NCBI GenBank assembly: GCA_021613535.1
Contig: CP075494.1
Location: forward strand, 5,270,001 to 5,334,000
Direction of reading: 5' to 3'
Length of the DNA stretch: 64,000 nt
Source of the DNA: Adineta vaga
Lineage: Eukaryota; Animalia; Rotifera
Shown here piece by piece: positions 50,613 through 63,038 of the stretch. Under the pieces are notes generated by a model. That model was given only the letters and a program-made list of their open reading frames with translations. It was not told the origin of the DNA and did not search any database. The position numbers and the translations under genes are program-made. Positions within the stretch are counted from its first letter, which is position 1, and each line of letters begins with the position of its first letter.

Positions 50613-51794
50613 CTATTTTCGATCGAATATTTTTTGCATCCATTTATGAATATTATCAAGTGTATGTCTTGCTTCAGGAAAATAACCAAAAAACATTGGA
50701 TAAACATGCATTAGACCTATACCTTCTTCAAAAGTCACATCAACATTAGCTGCTTTAGCTTTTTCTAAAACTTTTCTTGCATCATCTTCTAATGTTTCTG
50801 CAGTACCAAAATTGATATACAAGGATGGAAATCCTTTGAATGAACCAAATAATGGACTATAAAAAGGATGATCAGCTGGTAATTTCGAAGGATTTGAACC
50901 TAAGAGTTGTTCAATTAACCATTCTTTTTTATCGAAACGAAGCATTACATCTGTATTTTTATTTCGTGTATAACTTTCACTTGAAGTTGAAAGATCAGCC
51001 CATGGTGAAAGAACAATAACACCACGAGGAACAGGTAATTGATGAGTTAATAAAGCTTGAGTTGTCAACAAAGAAAGACCACCACCAGCTGAATCACCCA
51101 TGATCATTATTTGTGATGGAGAAACACCATGTGTAAGTAGAGCTCGATAGATCGAAACTGCATCTTCAACTGCAGCTGGTAATGCATGTTCTGGACATAG
51201 GCGATATTCCAAATGAATTACAGTAACATTGAAAAGTTTAGATAGATGACATTCAAATCCACCATATGCTATATGAAATAAATGAAAATCAATCTTTTGT
51301 TTTGAATGTTTTTTTTTGAAAAATAACTTACTATTGATATCACCGAATAGATATCCTCCACCATGAAAATAAAGTAATACTTTATCTGTATCTTTTTGAA
51401 AATTTCTTGAAGGATTATTAACCCAAAATGCATCTATGGAATGATCATCATGAACAAAGACTTCTTTATCAATTTGACATTCAGATGGTTTTGGACTAAT
51501 ATTATTAGCACTAATGGATAGACGTAAACGTTTAACAGCTTGAAGTGGATCTTCGTATAGATGATCTCCGAATAGAGGTCGTAAACGTAATATCGTTTCA
51601 AAAGCTAGATAATCTGCAGTTAATTGTGGTCGAGTTGGATCTGGTGTAAAAGAATATTTTAATGAGAGAAATGAATGCAGTAAACGAACACGAAGATATC
51701 GATAATCTGTTGAACGATATCGTAATGGAATGGCAATAGCCAAAAACACAACAAAATACACTAGTTTTTTTAATAATCCAGTAGAGAATGACAT
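50613..51794 (-). CDS. HSL-family (Abhydrolase_3) esterase, copy A
   Basis: YFHGGGY, YRLCPEH, GDSAGG, SPWADL, E.LEDD and HVYP. A 63-nt stop-free intron at 51331-51269 is read through in the ORF track. Confidence 0.9.
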   Translation of the reverse strand: MSFSTGLLKKLVYFVVFLAIAIPLRYRSTDYRYLRVRLLHSFLSLKYSFTPDPTRPQLTADYLAFETILRLRPLFGDHLYEDPLQAVKRLRLSISANNISPKPSECQIDKEVFVHDDHSIDAFWVNNPSRNFQKDTDKVLLYFHGGGYLFGDINSKLFFKKKHSKQKIDFHLFHIAYGGFECHLSKLFNVTVIHLEYRLCPEHALPAAVEDAVSIYRALLTHGVSPSQIMIMGDSAGGGLSLLTTQALLTHQLPVPRGVIVLSPWADLSTSSESYTRNKNTDVMLRFDKKEWLIEQLLGSNPSKLPADHPFYSPLFGSFKGFPSLYINFGTAETLEDDARKVLEKAKAANVDVTFEEGIGLMHVYPMFFGYFPEARHTLDNIHKWMQKIFDRK

Positions 51795-52411
51795 TCTTTC
51801 ACCTACACCCTCAATAAAAAAAACAAAATTCTACATCTTTTTCATCGCTTTTATGCATCTGATAACAAAGATCATGGTTTTTTCTTCTTATCATACGTTG
51901 ATGTTATTTCATCACAATATCACATGATATTCACATTGAAACGACCGAAACGTCTGTCCGCAGTACGAACTCTTATCATTCTTAATATGATTATTGTTCG
52001 TCTTTTCATCGAACAACTTTTTTTCTTTTTCTGTATGTAATCATTCAATCATAATCGAAAGTCGCCTAATCAACCGTGAAATAAAATATGCGTTGTTTTC
52101 TTTTTTATAATAATTTCTCTATGTAATCACTGTCCTTGATTAGATTTCGAACTGATTCATGTGCTACGGGTATGTTTTTTACTTTCCTCTCGGCAACGCC
52201 TATGTTTTACTACCTTTACAAGGAGGGAGAAAAATAGGCAGTATTATATATTATAATTAGACTGTATTCATTGAGGGTCAAAATGTCTTATCGATTATTC
52301 GATCATTATTTTGATGCATAAAGAGATATTTAAAATTTTATTGGGTGTAACTTCAAAAGAAAAAAACCGAGTTTTTCTATCAAACGTTCGATATACAGTA
52401 AAAACAGAAAG

Positions 52412-53596
52412 TTATTTAGTAGATATTGTTTGTATCCATTTGTTGATATTATTCAATGTATTTTGTGCTTCAGGAAAATAAGAATAAAATAATGGATAAT
52501 CATGCATAAGGTGTAAACCTGCTTCGATGGTGACATTTACACCTGCATCTCGAGCTTTTTTTGCTACTTGTCGCGAATCATCTTCTAATAATTCAGCAGT
52601 ACCCATATTGATAAACATTGATGGAAAACCTTGAAAAGATCCGAACAATGGACTGAAAATTGGATTGATGTAAGAATCAGAACTATGATCGTTGCCTAAT
52701 AAATGTGAAATAATCCATTTGAAATTATCAAAATCAGCAATGACATCCGTTTGACGATTGCGCGTATAACTTTCACCCGATGTAGAAAAATCAGCCCATG
52801 GTGAAAGAACAATAACACCACGAGGAACGGGAATTTGTCGATTGAATAATGCTTGAATCGTTAGAAGAGTTAGACCACCACCAGCTGAATCACCCATAAC
52901 GATTAATTGAGATGGTGAAATATTTTCGTGGAGAAGTGCACGATAGGCTGCAACAGTATCTTCAACACCGGCAGGATATTGATGTTCAGGACTAAGACGA
53001 TATTCAACAAATAAGACAGTGATATTAAAAGTTCGGGATAGATGACAGACAATACCACCATATTCTATAAGAAGTAAGCATTTGAAAAATCATATAGATC
53101 GGTTATCATCAAACAATGACTTACTGTGAATATCACCGGCAACGAATCCTCCACCGTGAATATACATTAAGATTTTATCAGAGTTTCTCTGAAGTTTATA
53201 CTCATGGTTTTGAACCCAGAAAGTAGTAACTGATTGTCCATCATGCTGAAATATTTCTCTATCAATTTGACATTCAGATGGTGTAGGAACAATGACATCA
53301 AAGGCAAAATTGGCACGTAATTCCTTGAGTACACCAATTGGATCTGCTGATGAATTGATTTTGGCTACTGGTATCAAACGAATTAAATTTTCAAAAGCAC
53401 GATATTCTGCACTTAATGTTGGTCGAGTATTATCTGTAAGGAAACTATGTTTTATTACTAGTATTGAATGTAAACATCGTGTTGTAAGATGTTGCAAATT
53501 TGTTGATCCATATCGTAGTGGAATTGCAATAGCTAAGATGAGCACGAATAGAAAGGACTTTTTCAAAAAGCCGTACGCTGCTTTCTGCATTGACAT
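52412..53596 (-). CDS. HSL-family esterase, copy B
   Basis: YIHGGGF, an intron at 53124-53065, YRLSPEH, GDSAGG and HDYP. Confidence 0.9.
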
Positions 53597-53962
53597 TTTT
53601 GATCTTTGTCTAAATATGAATTGTTTGTTTTTGAATTAACATTAATGAGGTTCGTTTTATTGGCACTTACCTTTTGAATAAAATAAATAAATATATATGT
53701 ATATATATATGTATATATTCATTTCGTAATATTAATACATCTGTATATATATGAGATAGCTCAAGGTCAAAATATCAACCCCTCTCTTTTGTATTCCGAT
53801 GTCACAAACGTATGACAAGTCATAAGGGAAGATATATTGGATGGCTGACTAACTGGTTGTATAACTGGATACACCTGAATGATATTTCATTTATTTAAAA
53901 ATTGTCTATATACTATATAAAATATCATACAGATGAAAGAGAAAACATCAATTAGAGCATCT

Positions 53963-55136
53963 TCAATTAAATTTTGCTTGAATCCATCGATTGATGTTGT
54001 CAAGTGTTCGTCGTGCTTCAGGATAATAAAGAAAGAACATTGGATAAACATGTAATAGATGTAAACCAACTTCGAATGTGACATCAACATTTGCATCTTG
54101 AACTTTCTTTACAACTCGTCTTGAATCATCTTCATAAACTTCACCTGTGCCAACAGTGATATACATTGGTGGAAATCCTTGAAAAGAACCAAACAATGGA
54201 CTATAGATTGAATTATTAGGTAATAATTGAGAATGATTTGGTCCTAATATCAATTTGATCATATAATCATTATCATCAGTTGGAAACATAACATCTTTAT
54301 CACGATTACTAGTAAAACTATCGCCCGATGCAGAAAGATCCGTCCATGGTGATAGAACAACAATACCCTGCGGAATAGGTATATGCCGATGGATTAAAGC
54401 TTGAATTGTTAGAAGAGATAGACCACCACCAGCAGAATCTCCCATAACAAACAATCGAGATGGTGAGATATTTTCACGAAGAAGTGCACGATAGACTGCA
54501 ACAGTATCTTCGACTGCTTCTGGTAGAGGATGTTCAGGACAAAGACGATATTCTATGTGAAGAATAGTGATATTAAATAATTGAGATAAATAACATTCAT
54601 ATCCACTATAACCTATGAAAACAAAAACCGATATACGTTCTATTCTTAATTCGTGCTTTTACTCTTTTACCTTTAATATCACCGAGAAGATATCCTCCAC
54701 CATGAAAATAAAGTATAATTCGATCAGAATTTCGTTCAAATTTATTTTGATGATTATTAACCCAATATGTATCAACCGAATGTTCATTATATTGAACGGT
54801 TTCTTTATTGATTTGACACTGTGATGGCTTAGGTATAATTGAATTCATATCAAAACTAGTACGTATGTTTTTAACAACCATAAATGGATCTTCTGATGGA
54901 TCAAATTGTGCAAGAGGTTTCATACGCATAAGACTTTCAAATGCACGATAATCTGCACTAAGTTTTGGTCGAGCTACATCTGGTATAAACGAATGTTTTA
55001 AGAAGAAGATAGAATGCAATAAACGAATTATGAGATAATTAGGATTTGTAGAACCATAATGAAATGGAATCGCAATAGAAATAAACAAAATGAACACAAA
55101 GAATTTCTTGAAAAATCCAAAAAATATTCCACCCAT
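53963..55136 (-). CDS. HSL-family esterase, copy C
   Basis: ATG at 55136 (MGGIFF), YFHGGGY, an intron at 54670-54613, YRLCPEH, GDSAGG and HVYP. Confidence 0.9.
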
Positions 55137-56146
55137 CAACGATGTATGACTACAGTTTTTTGCGTCCAATAATTTAAGCGTTACTGTACAGAGCACGTTT
55201 TTTTTCTTCTTTCTCTAACCTATCTGTTTATTCGATATTTTTAGACATTATTTACATCACGGACAGCAAAAAATGTTTTTTGCGTACAAAAAAACAAAAT
55301 ATTTAAGTGCATTTTTGTATGACATTGAAAAAAAATGAAATTCTTTCATTTTAATCTGACGAATTTTTTCTACCATGAACGTCCAACTAGTTTTAGAAAT
55401 TAAAGCTAGTTGTTTGCTAAGATGAAGAGCAAGATCAACTTCTTCAAGACAGAGATTTTTTTGTCTTATCAATAGATTTATTTTCAGTAAACTTTTCCCA
55501 TTGAACTTCGATTGATTTGACACCTTCATTTGTAATTGAAAACCAAAGATCCTTAAATATTGTTGTACTTTGTAAGTTATTATCATCGATAGTTTGGAAT
55601 AAAAGTTGTAAAACAATTGATAAAAGCCAACATTTCTTCAGATATTTCTTTCGATATTCAGCTGCACGAGTTACGACACCTTCCTATAAGTGATATTGTA
55701 TTCCATTCCTATCGTTTTTAAATTATAAAATACATGTAATTTGATTTTTAATTGACGTTATCATACCATCATCATCATCTCTGGAATTGTATGATGTTAC
55801 AGGACATTCAGCTATCTGAATGTTGCTTTTGAGAAAAATTTTAAAATAACCCAAAATGAAACCGTACATTTATGAAAAAAAAACTAGCAGTCGGCTAGTT
55901 ACAAAATGACATACTAAACAAAATTGAATCAGGTTATTTTGTAATAATATCTTATATTCATATTACTGCTTTTATATTTCTTTATTTGTATATGATTAAT
56001 TGACTATAGATAAAGAATAAAAACTGAAACCTTTTGTTTTATTCCTATAATAAAGATGAGTCAAATTAAATTGATGATAAACATCTTCGTTATCAATGTA
56101 ACAACAACGACGACGTTTTAGTCAGTTTTCGTTTAACCTTCGAAGT

Positions 56147-56998
56147 ATGTTACTCTATTCGTTTCTTGTCTTAATATTATTACACAATGTTACATCTTTA
56201 AAATGTAATAAATGTCACTATGATACCATATTTAATTATACCATTACAACCGAGACAGTTCCACTGATGCCTGCAAATTGTACCATTGTTGATGCTCTAC
56301 ACACGTGTTCAATTGAAATTCATTGGATGAAATCTCCAATACAGTCGTCAGTTTTTTATGATTCAAACTCTGGAATAATTCGAACATCCTATCATCATGT
56401 TTTCAGTAGTGTTGAGCATCGAGCTAATGGATATGCAAAACAACAAGACACTCATACTCTTATGTATAGTTGTGATACAGATGGATGTAATAATAACACA
56501 GCATTGAAAGCAATTCTTAATGCCTTAACTTTGACAGAACAATTGAACGAATTAGAATCACTTCTTGCACCTGGATACTATCCAACTTTTACAGAACAAG
56601 AATCTTGTTTCAATTCTTTTAATACTACTCAAACAAGCGAACAATGCAAATCGGGTTCAGCATCAATACCCACTTGTATCGGTTGTCGAATAGAAGTCAA
56701 TTCCAATGAGTTTTGTGCTCAATGTGCCGCACAATATTATCTTAGAATTGATGATTATATCTTACGAACTAAAATATTCTTTCTTTACAATCGTACTCAA
56801 ACGGATCGTATGGAACTTTTCTGTCGTACGAAAAATTGTAATGCATTAACAAGCATCGACAAAATTCGTCAAAAAAGTTCACTAGAATTTGATTTTGATA
56901 AATTTTTCAATGGTCTTACACCTTCATCAACTGGTCATACATTTCATTTTCTAATTTTTATTCTTTTTATAGAACAATTCTTTGTTTTCTTAGTTTAA
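56147..56998 (+). CDS. Secreted or GPI-anchored Cys-rich protein with two three-finger-like modules
   Basis: Signal peptide, LKCNKC...CDTDGCN, a second module ending CRTKNCN, and a hydrophobic C-terminus. Confidence 0.7.
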   Translation: MLLYSFLVLILLHNVTSLKCNKCHYDTIFNYTITTETVPLMPANCTIVDALHTCSIEIHWMKSPIQSSVFYDSNSGIIRTSYHHVFSSVEHRANGYAKQQDTHTLMYSCDTDGCNNNTALKAILNALTLTEQLNELESLLAPGYYPTFTEQESCFNSFNTTQTSEQCKSGSASIPTCIGCRIEVNSNEFCAQCAAQYYLRIDDYILRTKIFFLYNRTQTDRMELFCRTKNCNALTSIDKIRQKSSLEFDFDKFFNGLTPSSTGHTFHFLIFILFIEQFFVFLV

Positions 56999-57021
56999 AT
57001 AAAATTTACAAAAAAAATATA

Positions 57022-58769
57022 TTACCACCATAAATAACAATTATCATCGATTGCTTTACATTCAATCGATAGATTTTTTGAATTGATTAAATCAACAAGT
57101 GCTCTAACTGTTGATTCGCCTAATTTTAATAAATACAATGAAAACATTGGAAGCGTACGATAATTGTTCTTTATAAACATATAATTGATAATTGGTATAC
57201 TGGTACAGTAAGATAATCGAATTGTTGTATGTTTCAAACATGGACAGAGATTGAAAAAAAACTTCCATATTTTTAATGAACTCAACTGTTTTATCAACAG
57301 ATTTTCAATTCGAATTTGATGTGAATTAAATTGAATAGGTTGATCGGTTAATGAGAGAGTATTCAACACCAATATATGACAGTTAGGTGTTAAATTTAAC
57401 ATCATTATTAATTCATTCGAATGTAAACAAGAACTATTAAATGTAAGTTTTCGAACTTGTGTTAAATGACGAAGATGATTGAAATTATTCATGAGTAATT
57501 CATCATTTTGAAAAGATAAAGATCGATGAATAATAAATTGCATAGCATTTGGAAAACGAATTGATGTATTAGCATTCACTGCGTACTGATCAGCGAGAAA
57601 AACATGACGAACTTAACCGAGATTCATCTCATTCACATATGGACAGATTGAATTATCAGAACAATTACTGATCGAATAGAATTTGTTTCTAAAAACAAAA
57701 ATCAGAAGAATTTTGTTGATGATAATCTTTAGACATACCTATATGGATTTGTTGAATAGAAAATGGCATTATTTGTATATTCTAACCAATTATGTTGATG
57801 TCCAAAAAACCATTGTCGTTCGAACCAAAATTGTGTAGAAAATTGATTCATTAATGTTCGATATGATGTTTCTTCTCGACGATTATAAAATGCAAAATTC
57901 GAATATTGTATATCAAAAATACGTAAATATTTCATATGAATTGAAATTAATTCTTCTTATCAAGATGCATTCGAATATGTATGATCATCGCTTGTAGAAA
58001 GACGTAAAACTTCCAATTGACGACATTGAGTTCTAAGAAATGTTTCCAAAATATCAAATTTTACATTGAATAATTTCAATGAAACATGTGTTAATTGATT
58101 TAATATTAATGGAACGAGTTTTTCTTTAAAATCAAAACACATATGTAAATCTATACATGTTAAATAACGAAGTTGAGGAGTATATGAAAGAAGAACAAGA
58201 AGTTCATTGAAATGACAACTCTTTTCGATAATCAAATGTTCGATTGGACTTGATAAATTAGTGGATATCGGTAAGTATTCTCCATTCCAATCGTTCTGAA
58301 ATGATACTTTCAGATATTTTAATTGAGGTAATTGAAAGATTAGAAGATATAAATCATCCGTATATTGAACATATTCAGCTATACTGATTGATAAGGTAGA
58401 TAATCTGATTGATGATGAAATGAAACGGTAAAGAAGAGTTCTAAGAGCGTTTGTATCGGTGTTATTGAGAGTAAGATTTTCAAGTTGGGGAAAATTAACG
58501 AGATCTATGAGTTTGATTGTAAATGGATTTGATGAATAAATTGATTTTATACGATGAATATTTGGTTGAATGTAATAGGTATCATGGTGATTAAAATCTG
58601 TTTTCGAAATGGAAGAAATGTTGATATGAATAGGAAATGATGAATTAGTAAGAAGATCTTGAAATCGTTGGTTTATATTGGAAAAGTGTTGATTAAGACG
58701 ATAAATATCAAATAATTCGAAGATTTCGTAAATTAGTTCATTGGGAAGATCTTCAAATCTTGTCGGCAT
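57022..58769 (-). pseudogene. F-box/LRR-like gene with three in-frame stops
   Basis: F-box FEDLPNELIYEIFE. Consecutive TGA TAA at 57962-57957 remain in frame with the downstream EELISIHMKYLRIFDIQ. Intron ~57737-57689. A third stop (TAA) is at 57615-57613. Confidence 0.8.
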
Positions 58770-59225
58770 TTGATTTCGAAATGATTAAATAGCAAACTAG
58801 AAATACATCTGATGATATATGCTTCTCAATTATGATTCTTATTCTTTGCCGTTAATATTGGGTTTTTTTAATAGTAAACTCGATATTTATCACCATATAT
58901 TCGGTTTATTCCAAATGCATGTAATTTCAACATAGTTTTCGGATATTATTTGTTAAAGAATGATTCATCGGATACATCCATGTGATCAGAAAAAGACAGG
59001 CGAGTATGTGTCATTCAAAACACAACAAAGAAAATAGAATCGATTTATTGAGATTGAATATGGATGATAGAAAATTTGAATTTAATCTAATGAAATAGAA
59101 ATATTATTCTTATCATATCAAATGTAACATCTATCTTTCTATTCTCTCGATCAGCGATACATTCAAATGAAGAAGACGAAAAAGATATATACCATTTGTT
59201 TTTCTTTGTGAAATTCATTTTTGCA

Positions 59226-61218
59226 ATGAAACCATTTTTATTGTTTATTCTCATTGCACTTTGCTTTGTTATATCGAACTTAAGTCATGCAGTGCATTTT
59301 GAAAAATCTGACTCTAATGTTTGTAATTTGAAAGTAAAATTTTTATTATCACATAAAAATCCAGAGCAATGGTAAGACCAACTTTTAGTCGATGAATGAA
59401 TATACTAGTCGAGTTTAGGATTCAATCAACAACTAACTTCAAATGGAAATTAATTATCACTGGACTTTCAAAAATTGCAGAAACAAAAGTTCATCAGAAA
59501 ATTCGGCAAGCATTTAATGACTGGTCAATCTATCCTGGAATAATCTTTCATGAAGTATCTGAGAACGATGAAGTGGACTTCAACTTAATCTTTGCTGCTA
59601 ACTATCATCAATATGATATTTCCTCGAATGATTTTGATACAATCTTGATGCATACAATGAGCTCATCGTATGCAAATATTCTATTTGAGACGAACAAGGA
59701 TTGGATAGATCCGTAAGTGCTGTCTATATCATTAAAAATAAGAATAGATTGTTTGTTTTAGTGATCATGATATGAACTGCAATCTGTATCTTATAATGAA
59801 ACATCAAATAGGTTATATACTCGGTCTAGAACATCCAGATGATAAACCATTGGTAATATTTGTTCTATTATTCACATTCTACAAAACCAACGCTCTTTTA
59901 TGTAATTTTTAGAATCCTATCTCGGATGAAACATTGGATGAAGAACCTGAAATGATGGCTATTGCTGCTCGAAAACCAATTAGATTTTCACGAGCGATTG
60001 TAAACAATGGTGAAATAACAACTACTAATGCGTCGGACGAATTACCAAAATCTCGAATGGAAAATGGACGTTATTCAAATTCATTCAATTCTGAATTTAA
60101 ATTTCCTAGTGCAGCAGTTATATTACGATGGAAGTTTACGACACGAAGAAATACGAAATTACCCAATACTAAACAAGAACTTGATAGACTTTTACCCGTT
60201 ATTCGACATTCAAAATCTGAAGAATTATATCAAACAAAATTCGGTATACGATTTATTTGGATTGGACACGCTTCCAGTTATGTTCAAATGAACAATTTTC
60301 GATTTCTTCTCGATCCCGTATTTAGGTAAATCTTTGATCTGTCATTGCTTAATCTATTTTCTTCTTTGATCATTTTAGTGAACGATGTGGTATTAATTCA
60401 ATGATTGGTCCGAAAAGATATCGTCCAACACCGTTAACAGTAAATGATCTACCTGATAATCTCGATGCGATATTTATTTCACATAATCATTTTGATCATC
60501 TTGATTATGCGAGTGTAAAAGAACTGAATAAGCGTTATGGTAAACAATTAACATGGTTCTGTGGTCGAGGTCTTCGACAATGGTTTCTTGGTAATCATGT
60601 GAAGAATGTTATTGAACTCGATTGGTGGGAAAATTATCATTATTCAGTAAGAAGACCATTCTCATTAGAGAACTTTTCTTTATTTAATTTTTATTCGATA
60701 TTTATTTTAGAAGAAAAACATCAGCATCGCTTTTCTTCCAGCTCAACATTGGTAAGATTTATCGGTTACATTTTCGTTTCTGAGAATAAATGATTTTCTA
60801 TGATAGGAGTCGTCGTGGTATATTTGATTTAAATAAATCTTTATGGGGTGGATTTGCTATTTGGGATAGTACACATAAATTCTATTTTGCTGGTGATACA
60901 GGTTATACACATAATATCTCAATTTTTCGACAAATTGGTGAAAGATATGGTCCATTTGATTTAAGTGCTATACCAATCGGTGCCTATGAACCACGATGGA
61001 TGATGGAAGCTCAACATGTATCACCGGACGAAGCTGTTCAAATACATATAGATGTTCAATCAAATCGTTCAATTGGAATTCATTGGGGAACATGGGCATT
61101 AGCAAACGAATATTTCATGGAACCACCGACGAAACTCTCTGAAGCAGTGAAACATAAACAACTTGATCCATCGTCATTTATTGTTGTTAAACATGGTGAA
61201 ATTTTTGATTTACCTTAA
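59226..61218 (+). CDS. Signal peptide + inactive matrixin (M10)-like domain fused to a NAPE-PLD-type metallo-beta-lactamase
   Basis: Exons are about 59226-59371, 59419-59712, 59762-59852, 59913-60325, 60379-60646, 60711-60751 and 60807-61218. M10-like motifs: IRQAFNDWS..F.EV and NLYLIMKHQIGYILGLEH. NAPE-PLD motifs: WIGHAS, LDPVFSER, SHNHFDHLD, ELDWWE, YFAGDTGY, PIGAYEPRW and IHWGT. Confidence 0.8.
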
Positions 61219-61470
61219 ATTAATATCGCAATAATAAAAGTAAAATTACGGTATTAGTGGGACGAAGTGGATGTAAGATTAAGAAAAGACACCCATGTCC
61301 TCACTATCACAACTAGATGTTCTCATTGTATCTATCAAGTTTTTCTTAAAAAAACATTAATTTTCATGAAAACGTCTAAATAGTTATCTGATGATAATAT
61401 GACAGGTATTCAAACTTCCATGATTATTGAATATGTTTTTTGATAATTAAGTATTTATTTATAAAGACTT

Positions 61471-62451
61471 TCAATGACATTTTATAGTAGTGAGAAAAGA
61501 AAAGACTTTTCTTACTTCTTTTCGAAATGTTTTCGATACTATTAAATTTGTATAAAAACTAACGCAAAATGGAACAGCGATACTAAATAGACATAAATAT
61601 CTTATAACCAGTTCAATTTCTTGTTGCTCAACATTTTTAAAATGGTTTTGTGTTATTTGTTGATACATAAGGAAGATTGCAAAGGTAAAACTAAATAGAA
61701 CATAGATAGTAATGTCTAAAAATAACATCCACAACATTTGACGATTTTTTGCAGTGTTTGCTTGTGTACCGATCGCAACAGCGCGTCTTGTTAAAGATAA
61801 ACTAGGTTCAACATGAATTTGATGAAAATGTCGAACATTTTTGATCGACCATAGCCCACACATAATCATTACTGAAAGTGCTGCAATTTCTTTGACGAGT
61901 GAATAGTAACTGACAAAGGTTAAATGAATGCCTGGTTGAAACATGCAAACAAAGAGGTTAGGAGCAATTTCAATGATATTTGAGGCAATGAATGGATGCA
62001 TATGAAACAGTGACCAGAAGAATGTTCCACAAATAATAGACATATAAGCTAGACGACGAGTACTTCGTTGTCTTATCAATGCACTTGGTGATGTTATAAG
62101 AATTCGATCAATAGAAGCTAAAATTAGATAGAACGGACTTAAAACATTAAATAGAGTGGTGGTATAATGCCGTAAGCGGCAAAGAACTACACTGTAACTA
62201 CTAGGATCAATGTTATATCCTGAGCCCATTGTTAAAGATAATAAAGAAGAGAAGATGTAAGCAAAGTTCGCAATATTGTATGCAATAAAATAAATTGAAC
62301 ATGGATTTTTTCTTAAATTTTGTTGAGTAAATACAAATAGATTAAGAAGACAACCAATGACTCCTGTTAATATCATAATTGGACCAAAATATTGATATAA
62401 ATAATTTTGAACTAAACGCATTGTAATGACTGTATCAGATACTGAAGACAT
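61471..62451 (-). CDS. Class A-like 7TM GPCR
   Basis: Seven hydrophobic segments; G..G..LN..VF....LR.NPCS.Y; LASIDR; FYTNLIVSKTFR. Confidence 0.88.
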   Translation of the reverse strand: MSSVSDTVITMRLVQNYLYQYFGPIMILTGVIGCLLNLFVFTQQNLRKNPCSIYFIAYNIANFAYIFSSLLSLTMGSGYNIDPSSYSVVLCRLRHYTTTLFNVLSPFYLILASIDRILITSPSALIRQRSTRRLAYMSIICGTFFWSLFHMHPFIASNIIEIAPNLFVCMFQPGIHLTFVSYYSLVKEIAALSVMIMCGLWSIKNVRHFHQIHVEPSLSLTRRAVAIGTQANTAKNRQMLWMLFLDITIYVLFSFTFAIFLMYQQITQNHFKNVEQQEIELVIRYLCLFSIAVPFCVSFYTNLIVSKTFRKEVRKVFSFLTTIKCH

Positions 62452-63038
62452 AATTAAATTGCTGGTTTGTTCACACGAATGAAGAAGTTTTTCTCAAAGG
62501 ATTGTAGAGAAAAAAATATAGGATGTCGTATTATATACTTTGTCATTTCCAAAGATCTAGCCACTAGACTGATTCAGACAAGCTTTGGCTTTGATGAAAA
62601 TTTCATCAGGATATATAATTTAGAATAAGCTTCATTACTTCGTAGTCGCATAAAATCTATTGAAAAGAATTTAATCAGCAAAAACAAAACAAATTGAAGT
62701 GGGAAAGATAAGATCTTATCTGTTATTTTTCCTGATGAGAGTAAAAAAACAAGTGATTATATAATTGTTGTATCAGTCATCGGGAGAATGTACTCAGATG
62801 TATGAACAAGAGATAATAAGATACTCAATTGAATTGCTACAGGAAATAAAAGGAAAAGAAAACTGCAAATAATACAAGAAATTAGTCAGATTAATGCTTG
62901 AAATCATACGACATTGTTTTTCTATAGAAAAATGATTCAAGAAAACAAGTTTGGTCTGTAAATTCTCCTCATATATATATATATATATATTTATGTACTT
63001 ATAAATAGAAACAACAAAAACACAATATCAAATTACTC

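Noticed and set aside
55257-55860. Possible DNA transposon remnant starting CACGG
   Set aside because: I found no matching second terminal repeat and no transposase motif.
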